Positions 8,573 to 16,571 of a stretch of DNA of 46,512 bases are shown in pieces. The DNA comes from a virus (lineage: Duplodnaviria > Caudoviricetes), in the IMG/VR virus record IMGVR_UViG_3300020045_004406, positions 1 to 46,512 of that record, one strand, 5' to 3'. How positions within the stretch are numbered: position 1 is the stretch's first letter; each line of letters begins with the position of its first letter. The notes under the pieces were generated by a model that saw only the letters and a program-made list of their open reading frames with translations, was not told the DNA's origin and ran no database searches. The position numbers were made by a program, and so were the translations under genes.

Positions 8573-9097
8573 GTTATTTACCTATTAATCTAGGTATTTA
8601 CTACTTACCTAGGTGGTGATTCTCGGAGTAAAGGTGAAAGAACCCCATACCCAAAAAATTGGGCTTGAGCCTTTCACCTTACGATTACCATGGCGGAGCC
8701 ATCCCATCGCTTGGTGGTCTGGTATAATTGACGCTAGCCAGACTTGCGCACCTTCCTCCCGTCAAGGAGTCATACCACTGTTTGCGCTTTCGAACTCAGT
8801 TGTCGCGTGGTTATCTTCATACGACGTAAGACGCTGCCGGTGAGTGAGCCATAAGGCGGACATATCTCTCAGCGAATGTTTTGTTGCTTTTGATGTAATC
8901 GCAGGCGCAACCGACGGACTAGGGCTATCGCAGCAATAAGCTGTAATTTTAGGCAGGCATTTAGGCTACCTTAGCATTTAGTTAGTCGCCTTTTTAGCGT
9001 TGTATGGTCAACGTTTTCCTCTCGACTGCGCCAACCCACTGCTAAGGTGAGAGGAAGGGCTTTCAACTGAATCTGGCGAAACAATCTAGGCGCAGGT
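8573..9097 (-). ncRNA. Putative large structured non-coding RNA or origin-associated leader upstream of the helicase
   Basis: No credible ORF; perfect stems 8590-96/8606-12, 8631-40/8671-80, 8717-22/8738-43, 9016-23/9049-56 and 9026-32/9089-95; promoter directly upstream. Confidence 0.55.
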
Positions 9098-9100
9098 ATT

Positions 9101-9128
9101 AGTATAATCAATATTTAGGATTAAGCAA
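9101..9128 (-). promoter_or_regulatory. Sigma70-like leftward promoter
   Basis: TTGCTT-N16-TATACT on the minus strand. Confidence 0.6.
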
Positions 9129-9261
9129 TAAACTCAGTGGATAAAACTAGCAGATTTGTGCTGCGCTCAACGCGATATTTTGCCTGCTTGTGATTATCCG
9201 CCATAACATCGATAAAGCTAGATGACTTTCCGCATCTCACCTCTGCTCGGTATTGGTACAT
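9121..9261 (-). CDS. 46-aa hypothetical protein (not in ORF track)
   Basis: MYQYRAEVRCGKSS...STEFIA with GAGGTG RBS. Confidence 0.55.
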   Translation of the reverse strand: MYQYRAEVRCGKSSSFIDVMADNHKQAKYRVERSTNLLVLSTEFIA

Positions 9262-9286
9262 AATTCACCTCATTTTGTATAATCAA

Positions 9287-9616
9287 TTAATCGGTGGTTG
9301 TAACAACATCATAGGTCAAAGCGGCAATATCAGGCTTGCATGGATAAAACTCGCCCTTAACTCCTTTGATAATATAATCACCTATATCTGCGTAATGCTT
9401 TGCCTCCTTGTTTGGGCCATCCTCCAGTGTGTAAATAAGCAAACCATCACGCTTTACAAGGCTTTCATATTGCTCCCATTTATCCATTGCCTCCATCGTT
9501 GTCAAATCTGGCTTACCATCCGTAAACGTTATCACCTCGAAAAGGTTTTCTCCTGTCCATATAACGGCATCAACTTCAACTGGTTTTTTTCTTAATCTTA
9601 ATTGCATAATATTCAC
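9287..9616 (-). CDS. Conserved phage protein (PGDYG-like)
   Basis: RKKPVEVDA...IGDYIIKGVKGEFYPCKPDI. Confidence 0.75.
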   Translation of the reverse strand: MNIMQLRLRKKPVEVDAVIWTGENLFEVITFTDGKPDLTTMEAMDKWEQYESLVKRDGLLIYTLEDGPNKEAKHYADIGDYIIKGVKGEFYPCKPDIAALTYDVVTTTD

Positions 9617-9638
9617 CTGTATTTATAGCGGGTAGGGG

Positions 9639-9896
9639 TTAAAGGTTGGGTATATGATTACCTGCATGATCTACCCACTGCTTAAGTTCTTGCGGGAATG
9701 GCAAGTGGATTATCTGACTAACGTGGGCGCACCCCTTGCTGGTCAATTTTGCTTCCCTATTTCTTTTGTCCCACTCAATAATACCAACCCGTTCAAATTT
9801 TTCTAAAGTCTCAGCAATGATTGGCTCAGCTATTCCAATATACCAATCTGGAATAGTGTAAATATCTAGCAATAATTTAATTTCGTAAGGCGTCAT
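9639..9896 (-). CDS. Small winged-helix-like hypothetical protein
   Basis: LEKFERVGII...KLTSKG wing motif; AGGAG RBS. Confidence 0.5.
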   Translation of the reverse strand: MTPYEIKLLLDIYTIPDWYIGIAEPIIAETLEKFERVGIIEWDKRNREAKLTSKGCAHVSQIIHLPFPQELKQWVDHAGNHIPNL

Positions 9897-10072
9897 AATT
9901 CCATACTCCTGTGGTTAGTGGGGGTTAAAGATCATCAACCGAAAGGCCTTCAATGCAAAGGCCGCCAGATTGGAATTTGCTGATTAATTCAATTGCCTCG
10001 CCGCCATCGGCATCTGCAAGCAATTTTAAAAACTCTTTCAATGTTAAGTTATTCATAATCTCTACCTCTTGT

Positions 10073-10345
10073 TTATAGCTGGTTAGTCTTTATTGTGTAT
10101 TGGATGCTCAACGCTTCAAACTGCGCAATCAAATTTCTAACCGGCGCGTAGTGATGCATGTCGTATGCAGAGATTTCAATAACTGGCATATTGCGCTTTG
10201 CTGATAGCCATGTATTCCATGCAACATGCGCGGAAATATAAACATAATCTCCGTTACCATCGCGATCAAGCCCAGTCTTTGAGTCCTCAGAAAACCATTT
10301 GTGAAATTGTTCTCGCCATTTTTCGATTTGATTTTGCTCTGTCAT
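10073..10345 (-). CDS. Hypothetical phage protein
   Basis: REQFHKW...GDY...AWNTW pattern. Confidence 0.6.
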   Translation of the reverse strand: MTEQNQIEKWREQFHKWFSEDSKTGLDRDGNGDYVYISAHVAWNTWLSAKRNMPVIEISAYDMHHYAPVRNLIAQFEALSIQYTIKTNQL

Positions 10346-10494
10346 ATATCACCCCAGCACGATAGATGCGGCTATTAGGCCGAAGGAAATTAATAAAAAT
10401 TCCCGAGACTGAATGTGGAAAAACTTGCTGTAAGCTAACGAATATCCCAAAACAGACCATCCAGCTATCGCCATAATGTCGGTTGCTAGTTCCA

Positions 10495-10722
10495 TTATTG
10501 GTGCTCCTTTGTCATCTCAAACATGTTGCAAGTAGCCATTTTTTTCACAGCAAAGCCTCCAATACCGCAGCGCAAATTTGATTCCTTTGTATACTGGTTT
10601 GAGCTGTACGCGCTTTTTATAACCTCTTTATCGCTTTTGAAGTGAATGCAGTTTGCGCATGTTTTTGGTATTGGCTTTTGTTCATACCCTTGCGCTAATT
10701 TTGCTTGTGATTGTTTACTCAT
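10495..10722 (-). CDS. Small four-Cys metal-binding protein
   Basis: CANCIHF...LRC...TC. Confidence 0.6.
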   Translation of the reverse strand: MSKQSQAKLAQGYEQKPIPKTCANCIHFKSDKEVIKSAYSSNQYTKESNLRCGIGGFAVKKMATCNMFEMTKEHQ

Positions 10723-10924
10723 AATCCGCCTCCACCTTAACGAAATCCCACAGCATCACGCATTCAGCTCCTGCCTTTTCGCACTCGGCTTTTACTGCCT
10801 GAATGTCGTGCATGCCTACGCCCATTGTTTGGGTGTCGCGGTAGTCAATAGCTGCGCCTATAGCCAACCCAATGCAGCCACCAGTAAAACACCATTTTAA
10901 TAAATCGATAATGTGCTTTTTCAC
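10715..10924 (-). CDS. Small membrane-anchored protein
   Basis: N-terminal hydrophobic segment; overlaps both neighbours. Confidence 0.55.
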   Translation of the reverse strand: MKKHIIDLLKWCFTGGCIGLAIGAAIDYRDTQTMGVGMHDIQAVKAECEKAGAECVMLWDFVKVEADYE

Positions 10925-11112
10925 TTTGCAACTCCCATTTCCACAGTAAGGTTTTCCAATGCAGCCTCAAGTATCTGGCCAATCTTAATCTCAGGCTTAC
11001 CAAGCTTCTTACGTTGCTTGTCTATCATCGCTTTTCTATTGGCAAGTAATGAAGCGGCGTAAGGTGATAGGTTTACCATCTTGCGTTCGGTTGGTTCTTT
11101 GGTGTGTGCCAT
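10921..11112 (-). CDS. Small basic regulator (ribbon-helix-helix-like), first gene of the leftward arm
   Basis: RKMVNLS strand followed by two helices; GGAGG RBS; next to divergent promoters. Confidence 0.5.
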   Translation of the reverse strand: MAHTKEPTERKMVNLSPYAASLLANRKAMIDKQRKKLGKPEIKIGQILEAALENLTVEMGVAK

Positions 11113-11232
11113 GTGGCCTCCGTTGGTTGTTTCGTTAAATATACCAGTAAAATATTTATTTACAAGTGGTTTACATTTATATTTTTCGTTGTTATATTGT
11201 AATCGTCAACAACGGATGCCATAGGAAATAAA
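11113..11232. promoter_or_regulatory. Back-to-back divergent promoters
   Basis: Rightward TTTACA(11170)-N17-TATATT(11193); leftward TTGTAA(11165)-N16-TATATT with extended TGn. Confidence 0.7.
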
Positions 11233-11982
11233 ATGAGCAATGAAATAGATAACCTTAAGTTTTGGAGTGCGGTATCAAAGACCGACACGGCAGCAACAAA
11301 AACCAGCAACCAAGGCGGGCGCGAACAAACCAGTATTAACGGCTATTGGATGGTAAAGCAGGCCACAGAGCAGTTTGGCATGGTTGGTATAGGTTGGGGC
11401 TGGGACGTTATGGAGGAGCGCTGGGACGATGGCGCAATGATCCCAATCAAACAAGATGATGGATCTACGCGCCTTGAGCAGTCAAAGACGCACACAATAA
11501 AACTAAAGCTTTGGTTTATTGTAGATGGTAAGCGAGGCGAGATCACCCAGTACGGACACACGCAAGCAATATATAAATCAAAGTGGGGCGTTAGTGACGA
11601 TGGCGAGGCGCCAAAAAAGTCATTGATGGATGCCATTAAAAAATCACTTTCAATGCTTGGCTTTAGTTCTGACATCTTCACCGGCATGTTTGATGATCGC
11701 GATTATGTTCAGCAGTTGGAAACAGAGCAAGCAATATCTAAGGCAGAAGACAAAGACGCGGAAATTGCAGCCAAACGAGCAGAAACCAGCGACTACGTTT
11801 TGCGCCACATTGAAACAATCAGAAGCTCTAAATCACAAAACGAAGTTAAGGGCATAGTTAAGGCGGCAACGCTACACCTGACCCGCCAAAAAATGATCTT
11901 ATCAATCGCTGATATTTGCGAGAAAGGTATTGCAGCAATATCTCGCGAGTCAGAGACAAAACTTAAGGAGCTTGCACAATGA
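11233..11982 (+). CDS. Rad52/Sak-like single-strand annealing protein
   Basis: FGMVGIGWG and DGEAPKKSLMDAIKKSLSMLGFSSDIF; context with Gp157 and SSB. Confidence 0.7.
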   Translation: MSNEIDNLKFWSAVSKTDTAATKTSNQGGREQTSINGYWMVKQATEQFGMVGIGWGWDVMEERWDDGAMIPIKQDDGSTRLEQSKTHTIKLKLWFIVDGKRGEITQYGHTQAIYKSKWGVSDDGEAPKKSLMDAIKKSLSMLGFSSDIFTGMFDDRDYVQQLETEQAISKAEDKDAEIAAKRAETSDYVLRHIETIRSSKSQNEVKGIVKAATLHLTRQKMILSIADICEKGIAAISRESETKLKELAQ

Positions 11983-12464
11983 CAGCGCTACACGAATTAA
12001 CCGGCCAGTTTTTAGAGCTGGCTAACAATGAAGATTTACCAGCAGAAGCGATACGCGACACGCTGGAGGCTATGGAGGGCGATATACGCACCAAGGCGGT
12101 ATCATTAGCTGACTGGGCGCTTGATATGGATGGCAATATTGAAAAGATAGACGCGGCCATTGAGAGACTGCAGGACAAGAAGAAATCAATCTCCAAGCGC
12201 AAAGATTCGCTTATCGAATACCTGCGCAATAACATGGAGGCAACCGGCATTAGCAAAATTCAGTGCCCCCTGTTTAGCATCACTCTGGTTGCCGGTCGCG
12301 AGTCAGTAGCAATATCAGACGAAAGCGCAATACCTGACGATTTTCTCAATGTAAAAACGGTAATTTCGCCAGACAAAACGGCAATTGCTAAAGCCTTAAA
12401 AGACGGTCAAGAAGTTGCGGGGGCATCTTTGCAGCGCGGCCAATCATCAATCAGAATCAAGTGA
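11979..12464 (+). CDS. Siphovirus Gp157-family protein
   Basis: DTLEAMEG...coiled coil...IPDDF...PDKTAIAKALKDGQEVAGA.L...SIRIK. Confidence 0.85.
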   Translation: MTALHELTGQFLELANNEDLPAEAIRDTLEAMEGDIRTKAVSLADWALDMDGNIEKIDAAIERLQDKKKSISKRKDSLIEYLRNNMEATGISKIQCPLFSITLVAGRESVAISDESAIPDDFLNVKTVISPDKTAIAKALKDGQEVAGASLQRGQSSIRIK

Positions 12465-12471
12465 GATAAAT

Positions 12472-12909
12472 ATGCACAGCGTACCATTCCGCCTAAACGA
12501 AAACGCCCAAGAATTCCAAGCTGGTGAATACACCGGCTTTGGTATCCGCACCGGGGTTAAATACCAGGATAAAACCAAGCAAGACCAGTGGACAAATTAC
12601 AAAGCCGCTATTTTTGCAAAGTCGACAGCACAGGTTGATTTTTACCGTGCAAATCTAATCAAAGGCGCGCTAGTTGTAGTCACTGCGGAGAAGCAAGAGG
12701 TAGAGCTATTCACCAAGCAATCAGGCGAGACCGTGGCGGCAATTAAGCTACTAAACGCTAATGTGGTAGCGGTTAAAACTGATCGCGCTCCAGATGCGGC
12801 GCAGCAGGCTTACAATCAGGCGGCATCACCAAAGCAAAAAATGGCCAATCAGGCAGCGCAACAAGCACCTGCGGGATTCGATGATTTTGACGATTTTATT
12901 CCATTTTGA
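12472..12909 (+). CDS. ssb: Single-stranded DNA-binding protein
   Basis: OB-fold-like core (LIKGALVVV), Q/A linker and acidic tail GFDDFDDFIPF; ATG at 12472. Confidence 0.88.
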   Translation: MHSVPFRLNENAQEFQAGEYTGFGIRTGVKYQDKTKQDQWTNYKAAIFAKSTAQVDFYRANLIKGALVVVTAEKQEVELFTKQSGETVAAIKLLNANVVAVKTDRAPDAAQQAYNQAASPKQKMANQAAQQAPAGFDDFDDFIPF

Positions 12910-13047
12910 TGATTAAGCGCTGCTGGCATTTTAAAACCATAACCGGAAAAGGCAGGACTATGATCCTGCTTGATCCGGCAGGGCATGACGAGGCGCTGCG
13001 CGAGTGCGTGGCGTCATTGGGCGATCAAATCGTAAAGGTATATTGAT

Positions 13048-13230
13048 ATGGCAAATATGAGCTATTGTAGGTTTCAAAACACAAACAAAGATTTTGGTGG
13101 GTGCCTATCCGCGCTGAATGATATTTACGAAATAGAATAGCTTTCGGATGATGAGCAAAAAGCGGCTCGCCAACTCTACGAAAAAGCAAGAAGCTATATT
13201 GACTCTTACCTTGCTGCAACCGGAGGTTAA
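13048..13230 (+). pseudogene. Small phage gene interrupted by an in-frame TAG
   Basis: MANMSYCRFQNT...EIE*LSDDEQKAARQL...GG*; TAG at 13138-13140. Confidence 0.6.
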
Positions 13231-13570
13231 ATCATGAAACGACTACAGGTAGGCGATGAGTGCTATGTGCGGGTTGTTGCTACCGGCAGTATTTACAAAA
13301 CGCGATACCAAAATGGGATCATTGGAATGGTAAAACGGGGTAAATTTTTCCGGCTGATATACCCAAACCAAGCAGTAAAGGATCTAGCCAAATGAAATAC
13401 CTAAAAATAATTGCGGCAATCGGCGGGTTAGTTTTGGCTTGTGCTGTCATTCTTGTTTTTGTGTTTTGGGTATACACGCCAAGTCTTTAACATAACTTTA
13501 CGATACATAACGGCACCTTACAATCGGTGCGATATTATGGGGTCATCAATAACCAAATGAGGTAACGAAA

Positions 13571-13762
13571 ATGAAAGCACACAATTGCCAAGCTAAATAC
13601 AGAATTTTCTGCTTCAAAACTAGAGAAGTAATTGCAGAATCTGAAACAAAAACAGGTGTTGAAAGTTATTTCAGTTCGGTTGGCAAGTATATGGAAACAA
13701 TGGACATTTGCCCAAACCCACAAGGCGGAAAAGATTATTTTGTTGTAGATCCAGACGCATAA
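13571..13762 (+). CDS. Hypothetical protein
   Basis: GAGG RBS; follows a promoter-like AT-rich gap. Confidence 0.6.
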   Translation: MKAHNCQAKYRIFCFKTREVIAESETKTGVESYFSSVGKYMETMDICPNPQGGKDYFVVDPDA

Positions 13763-13794
13763 TAATCCAATCAATAACTAATCGGAGCAATAAA

Positions 13795-14184
13795 ATGTCT
13801 TACTTCAAAGAATTCTGCGAGTCGATACACAAAACAAAGGCGGGATATGTGCCGGATTTGCTGGATTTAGTTGCGCAAGGTTTTGGTGATTTGTGCATGG
13901 CTGCGTTTATTGCAGATCAATTCACACCAGAAATGGGCGAATGGTATATGGGTGCAAGTGAATGGCATAAAAATAACGCCTATTCAAGCCATGAGTCATC
14001 ATGCCAAGACGCCATAGACGCATACAACCAAGGCATTGACGATGCGCGCGAAAAGGAAGTAAAAATTGAGCTTATCGACGATCACATGTGGATTGGCCTG
14101 CTTGATCCAGATTACAAATGGCAGCGCTTTAACCAAGCCGAAATCGACGCAGGTTTTAGCGGCACAGGCCGGGAGTTCTGCTGA
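13795..14184 (+). CDS. Hypothetical acidic protein
   Basis: ATG (MSYFKEF) after GGAG RBS. Confidence 0.6.
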   Translation: MSYFKEFCESIHKTKAGYVPDLLDLVAQGFGDLCMAAFIADQFTPEMGEWYMGASEWHKNNAYSSHESSCQDAIDAYNQGIDDAREKEVKIELIDDHMWIGLLDPDYKWQRFNQAEIDAGFSGTGREFC

Positions 14185-14326
14185 TGTGCAAAGTAACCAT
14201 AATCCCCATGGGAGCCACAGGAATTAAGCACCCTAACGACTGGTTCAGACTTTCAGTTATGGGAAACAAAATCTCACGCGAGGCCGAAGCGGCTAAGAAG
14301 AAACATTTACCAAGCAAGAGGGTTAA

Positions 14327-14701
14327 GTGATGAATTTATGGGATGGAAAAGGCGAATTTCCAGTGGTTGGTACGGTCGCTGAGTTTTATCATGATGAGAC
14401 CAATCGCAGTGAAAGAATCTGTGTTGATTCATGGAAAAATGGGGATAAGCTTGAGTGCTTGGCTATTAGAAAGGTTGGCATGGATAATCTACCAGTATTT
14501 TTTAACATGCGCGATCAAACCGCATCCTGCATTGTCCGTATGAGATATCGCCCAATCAAATCCGACCGAGAAAAGGCGATAGAGGCAGCAATGGAGGTCG
14601 CACTATCACAGGCTTATTTTGGCGACTCATTAAGTATATGCGAAAGATTTGCCGTTGGTCTTTACGAGACAGGATTGCTTCGCCTGCCAGAGGATAAATA
14701 A
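14327..14701 (+). CDS. Hypothetical phage protein
   Basis: WDG...P.VG and RPIKS.REKAI motifs common in phage ORFs. Confidence 0.65.
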   Translation: MMNLWDGKGEFPVVGTVAEFYHDETNRSERICVDSWKNGDKLECLAIRKVGMDNLPVFFNMRDQTASCIVRMRYRPIKSDREKAIEAAMEVALSQAYFGDSLSICERFAVGLYETGLLRLPEDK

Positions 14702-14902
14702 ATGGACACATTAACAGCGGGCTTGGTTTTCATGCTAGTTATTGTAGGATTTCTTATTGGTCTAATGCTGTCTGGATTCATCGGATGGCTTATTTGCGGA
14801 GCTTTAGACTGGTTTAAGCGCGAAGTGAAGCAAGAAGAATTCACATCGTTCAAAAGCGAGCATCAGGACTGGATAGCAAAGAGGATGAACAAATGCGATT
14901 AA
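14702..14902 (+). CDS. Small membrane protein
   Basis: Long hydrophobic N-terminal segment. Confidence 0.55.
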   Translation: MDTLTAGLVFMLVIVGFLIGLMLSGFIGWLICGALDWFKREVKQEEFTSFKSEHQDWIAKRMNKCD

Positions 14903-15053
14903 TTAAATGGCTAAAAGATTGGTGGAACCGTGACACATGCGAATCTGAATTCGACGAAGACTACGCAATCCAGCATGATCGGGTTAACGAGGGGTTTCCT
15001 CCGACTAACGATATATTAGATAACCTGCGCGCTGCCGGTCTGGCTGAGGGGGA

Positions 15054-15257
15054 GTGATGAAAATTTTCGACGAAGAAGGAATGTTTAAATTGCCTAAGAT
15101 TGAATCTGGAATGTTTGAGCTTACAAAAAAAGATATTTGTTACGATCCATCGCACAACATTCCTACTCATTTATATATTCCACCGGGACACGGCTATCGC
15201 CATAAGTGCCCACGATGCGGACATGTTTCGGTCGCCACAAATACTAATTGCTATTAA
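15054..15257 (+). CDS. Small Zn-binding protein
   Basis: C...SH...CPRCG. Confidence 0.6.
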   Translation: MMKIFDEEGMFKLPKIESGMFELTKKDICYDPSHNIPTHLYIPPGHGYRHKCPRCGHVSVATNTNCY

Positions 15258-15263
15258 TAAAAT

Positions 15264-15515
15264 TTGGTGAATATAATGACCCTATCCGAAGAGTGCCCAC
15301 ACCAAACAAACCAGTTCACTAGCTGCGGATCGGCGATTAAAGCCAAGGATCACGAAAGAGATGAAATAGAGCGATTGACCAGGGAATATTTGAAGCGAAA
15401 TAAGTTGCAATCAGTAGCAAGTGATCCGAACAAAATTCATGGAGCACCTGAAAATGCATTGGGGATTGATACTGGGGAGCATCGGAGAAAGTTAGGACTG
15501 AATAGTCCAATTTAA
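15264..15515 (+). CDS. Hypothetical protein
   Basis: Last ORF of the rightward arm, ending at the terminator. Confidence 0.55.
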   Translation: MVNIMTLSEECPHQTNQFTSCGSAIKAKDHERDEIERLTREYLKRNKLQSVASDPNKIHGAPENALGIDTGEHRRKLGLNSPI

Positions 15516-15543
15516 AAAGCCCCACTTAAGGGGCTTTATTTTT
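15514..15543. terminator. Bidirectional intrinsic terminator
   Basis: aaaaagcccc-acttaa-ggggctttatttt between convergent ORFs. Confidence 0.85.
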
Positions 15544-15730
15544 ACTCTTCCGACTTCTCTCTGGACTTCAACTGCTTATACAAATTGGGATCTTCTTCAA
15601 TCCTTATAAGCGACATGCCATGTGTTGCTAGCTCTTTCCCCATGTACCTCAATCCATAAACCTCCAAAGGATTGCGGGGAAAAAAATGAACAACCATGTC
15701 GTCATCAAGGTATGCGCATAATTTATGCAT
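15542..15730 (-). CDS. Hypothetical protein
   Basis: Follows the Gly-rich gene and ends at the terminator. Confidence 0.6.
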   Translation of the reverse strand: MHKLCAYLDDDMVVHFFPRNPLEVYGLRYMGKELATHGMSLIRIEEDPNLYKQLKSREKSEE

Positions 15731-15740
15731 GACTTACCCC

Positions 15741-16475
15741 TTACGCGTTGACGTTGGTAGGGTTTGCAGTTTGCGCGCCTGTGGTTGATGCACCAGTGTT
15801 GCCAACGATTACGTTGCTGTTGGTAGCCCGGGCAACTTGACCAGCCAATCCATTAACGCAAGCCAACAACTGGTTAACAGTAAACTCCTGTCGCTGGGCT
15901 TGTAGCTGCGCCTGTTGCTGGTTGGTGTTAACTGTGGTAGTTACGTTGTGACTGTTGTTTTGCTCGCGGTTAATCGCACGCTGTTCGCTCTCGCGCAATT
16001 GTGCAACAGTCAATTGCTGCTCAAGATCGCGGATTCTGTTTTGGTTCAAAACCTCAATTACGTTGCGTTCAGAATTAGCGATTGCAACTTGGATAGCTGT
16101 GCTTTGGCGATCAACATTTGTATCGACTGCGGCGATTGATTTCTCGAGCGCGAATTGATTGATGAGCAAAGTTTGGGTATTGTTATTGCCCTGAAGTGTT
16201 AAGTCACTCACCGCACCAGCCAAAGCCAGCTGAACCTGAGATTCGGCAAGCGGGATAGCGGCCTTAATGTCACCAAGGGTTTGCTGGTTCAATGATTCAT
16301 TAGTCACACAGTCACGACAATCTCGGCCATTGTCGTTATTACCAAAACCACCGAGACCGCCTCGTCCAAGTAGCGCACCAATAAGCAGCCCACCAATCAC
16401 ACCGCCACCACCAAAGTCGCCACCGCCCATACCAAAACCGCGACCGCCTACGATATCTTCGTTAAATGTAGCCAT
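15741..16475 (-). CDS. Gly-rich, hydrophobic N-terminus, coiled-coil and Q/N-rich protein
   Basis: GGRGFGMGGG...LLIGALLG, heptad region, QQQAQLQAQ, T/N-rich tail; AGGTG RBS. Confidence 0.75.
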   Translation of the reverse strand: MATFNEDIVGGRGFGMGGGDFGGGGVIGGLLIGALLGRGGLGGFGNNDNGRDCRDCVTNESLNQQTLGDIKAAIPLAESQVQLALAGAVSDLTLQGNNNTQTLLINQFALEKSIAAVDTNVDRQSTAIQVAIANSERNVIEVLNQNRIRDLEQQLTVAQLRESEQRAINREQNNSHNVTTTVNTNQQQAQLQAQRQEFTVNQLLACVNGLAGQVARATNSNVIVGNTGASTTGAQTANPTNVNA

Positions 16476-16483
16476 GATATAAT

Positions 16484-16562
16484 CACCTAAAGTTAAGTTG
16501 TTTGTGGGTAAAACCGTCTTCGCAAAACGATAGTATCCGCAAGCAAACTTAATTTTTAGGTG
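16484..16562. promoter_or_regulatory. Long inverted repeat spanning the divergent intergenic region
   Basis: cacctaaagttaagttgtttgtgggta pairs with tatccgcaagcaaacttaatttttaggtg. Confidence 0.7.
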
Positions 16563-16571
16563 GTGATCGAA

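Noticed and set aside
8613-8843. 76-aa plus-strand ORF
   Set aside because: Antisense to the operon, no clear RBS, no recognisable motif; overlaps the structured element.
9016-9097. Call as an HDV-like or theta ribozyme
   Set aside because: Helix order fits, but the loop (TAGCAGT) lacks the pyrimidine-rich L3/P1.1 consensus and a G-initiated P1 would be only 5 bp; kept only as an unassigned pseudoknot.
13138-13140. Genome-wide TAG recoding
   Set aside because: Conserved genes are unbroken in the standard code, several end in TAG (for example 127-129), and no suppressor tRNA is seen.
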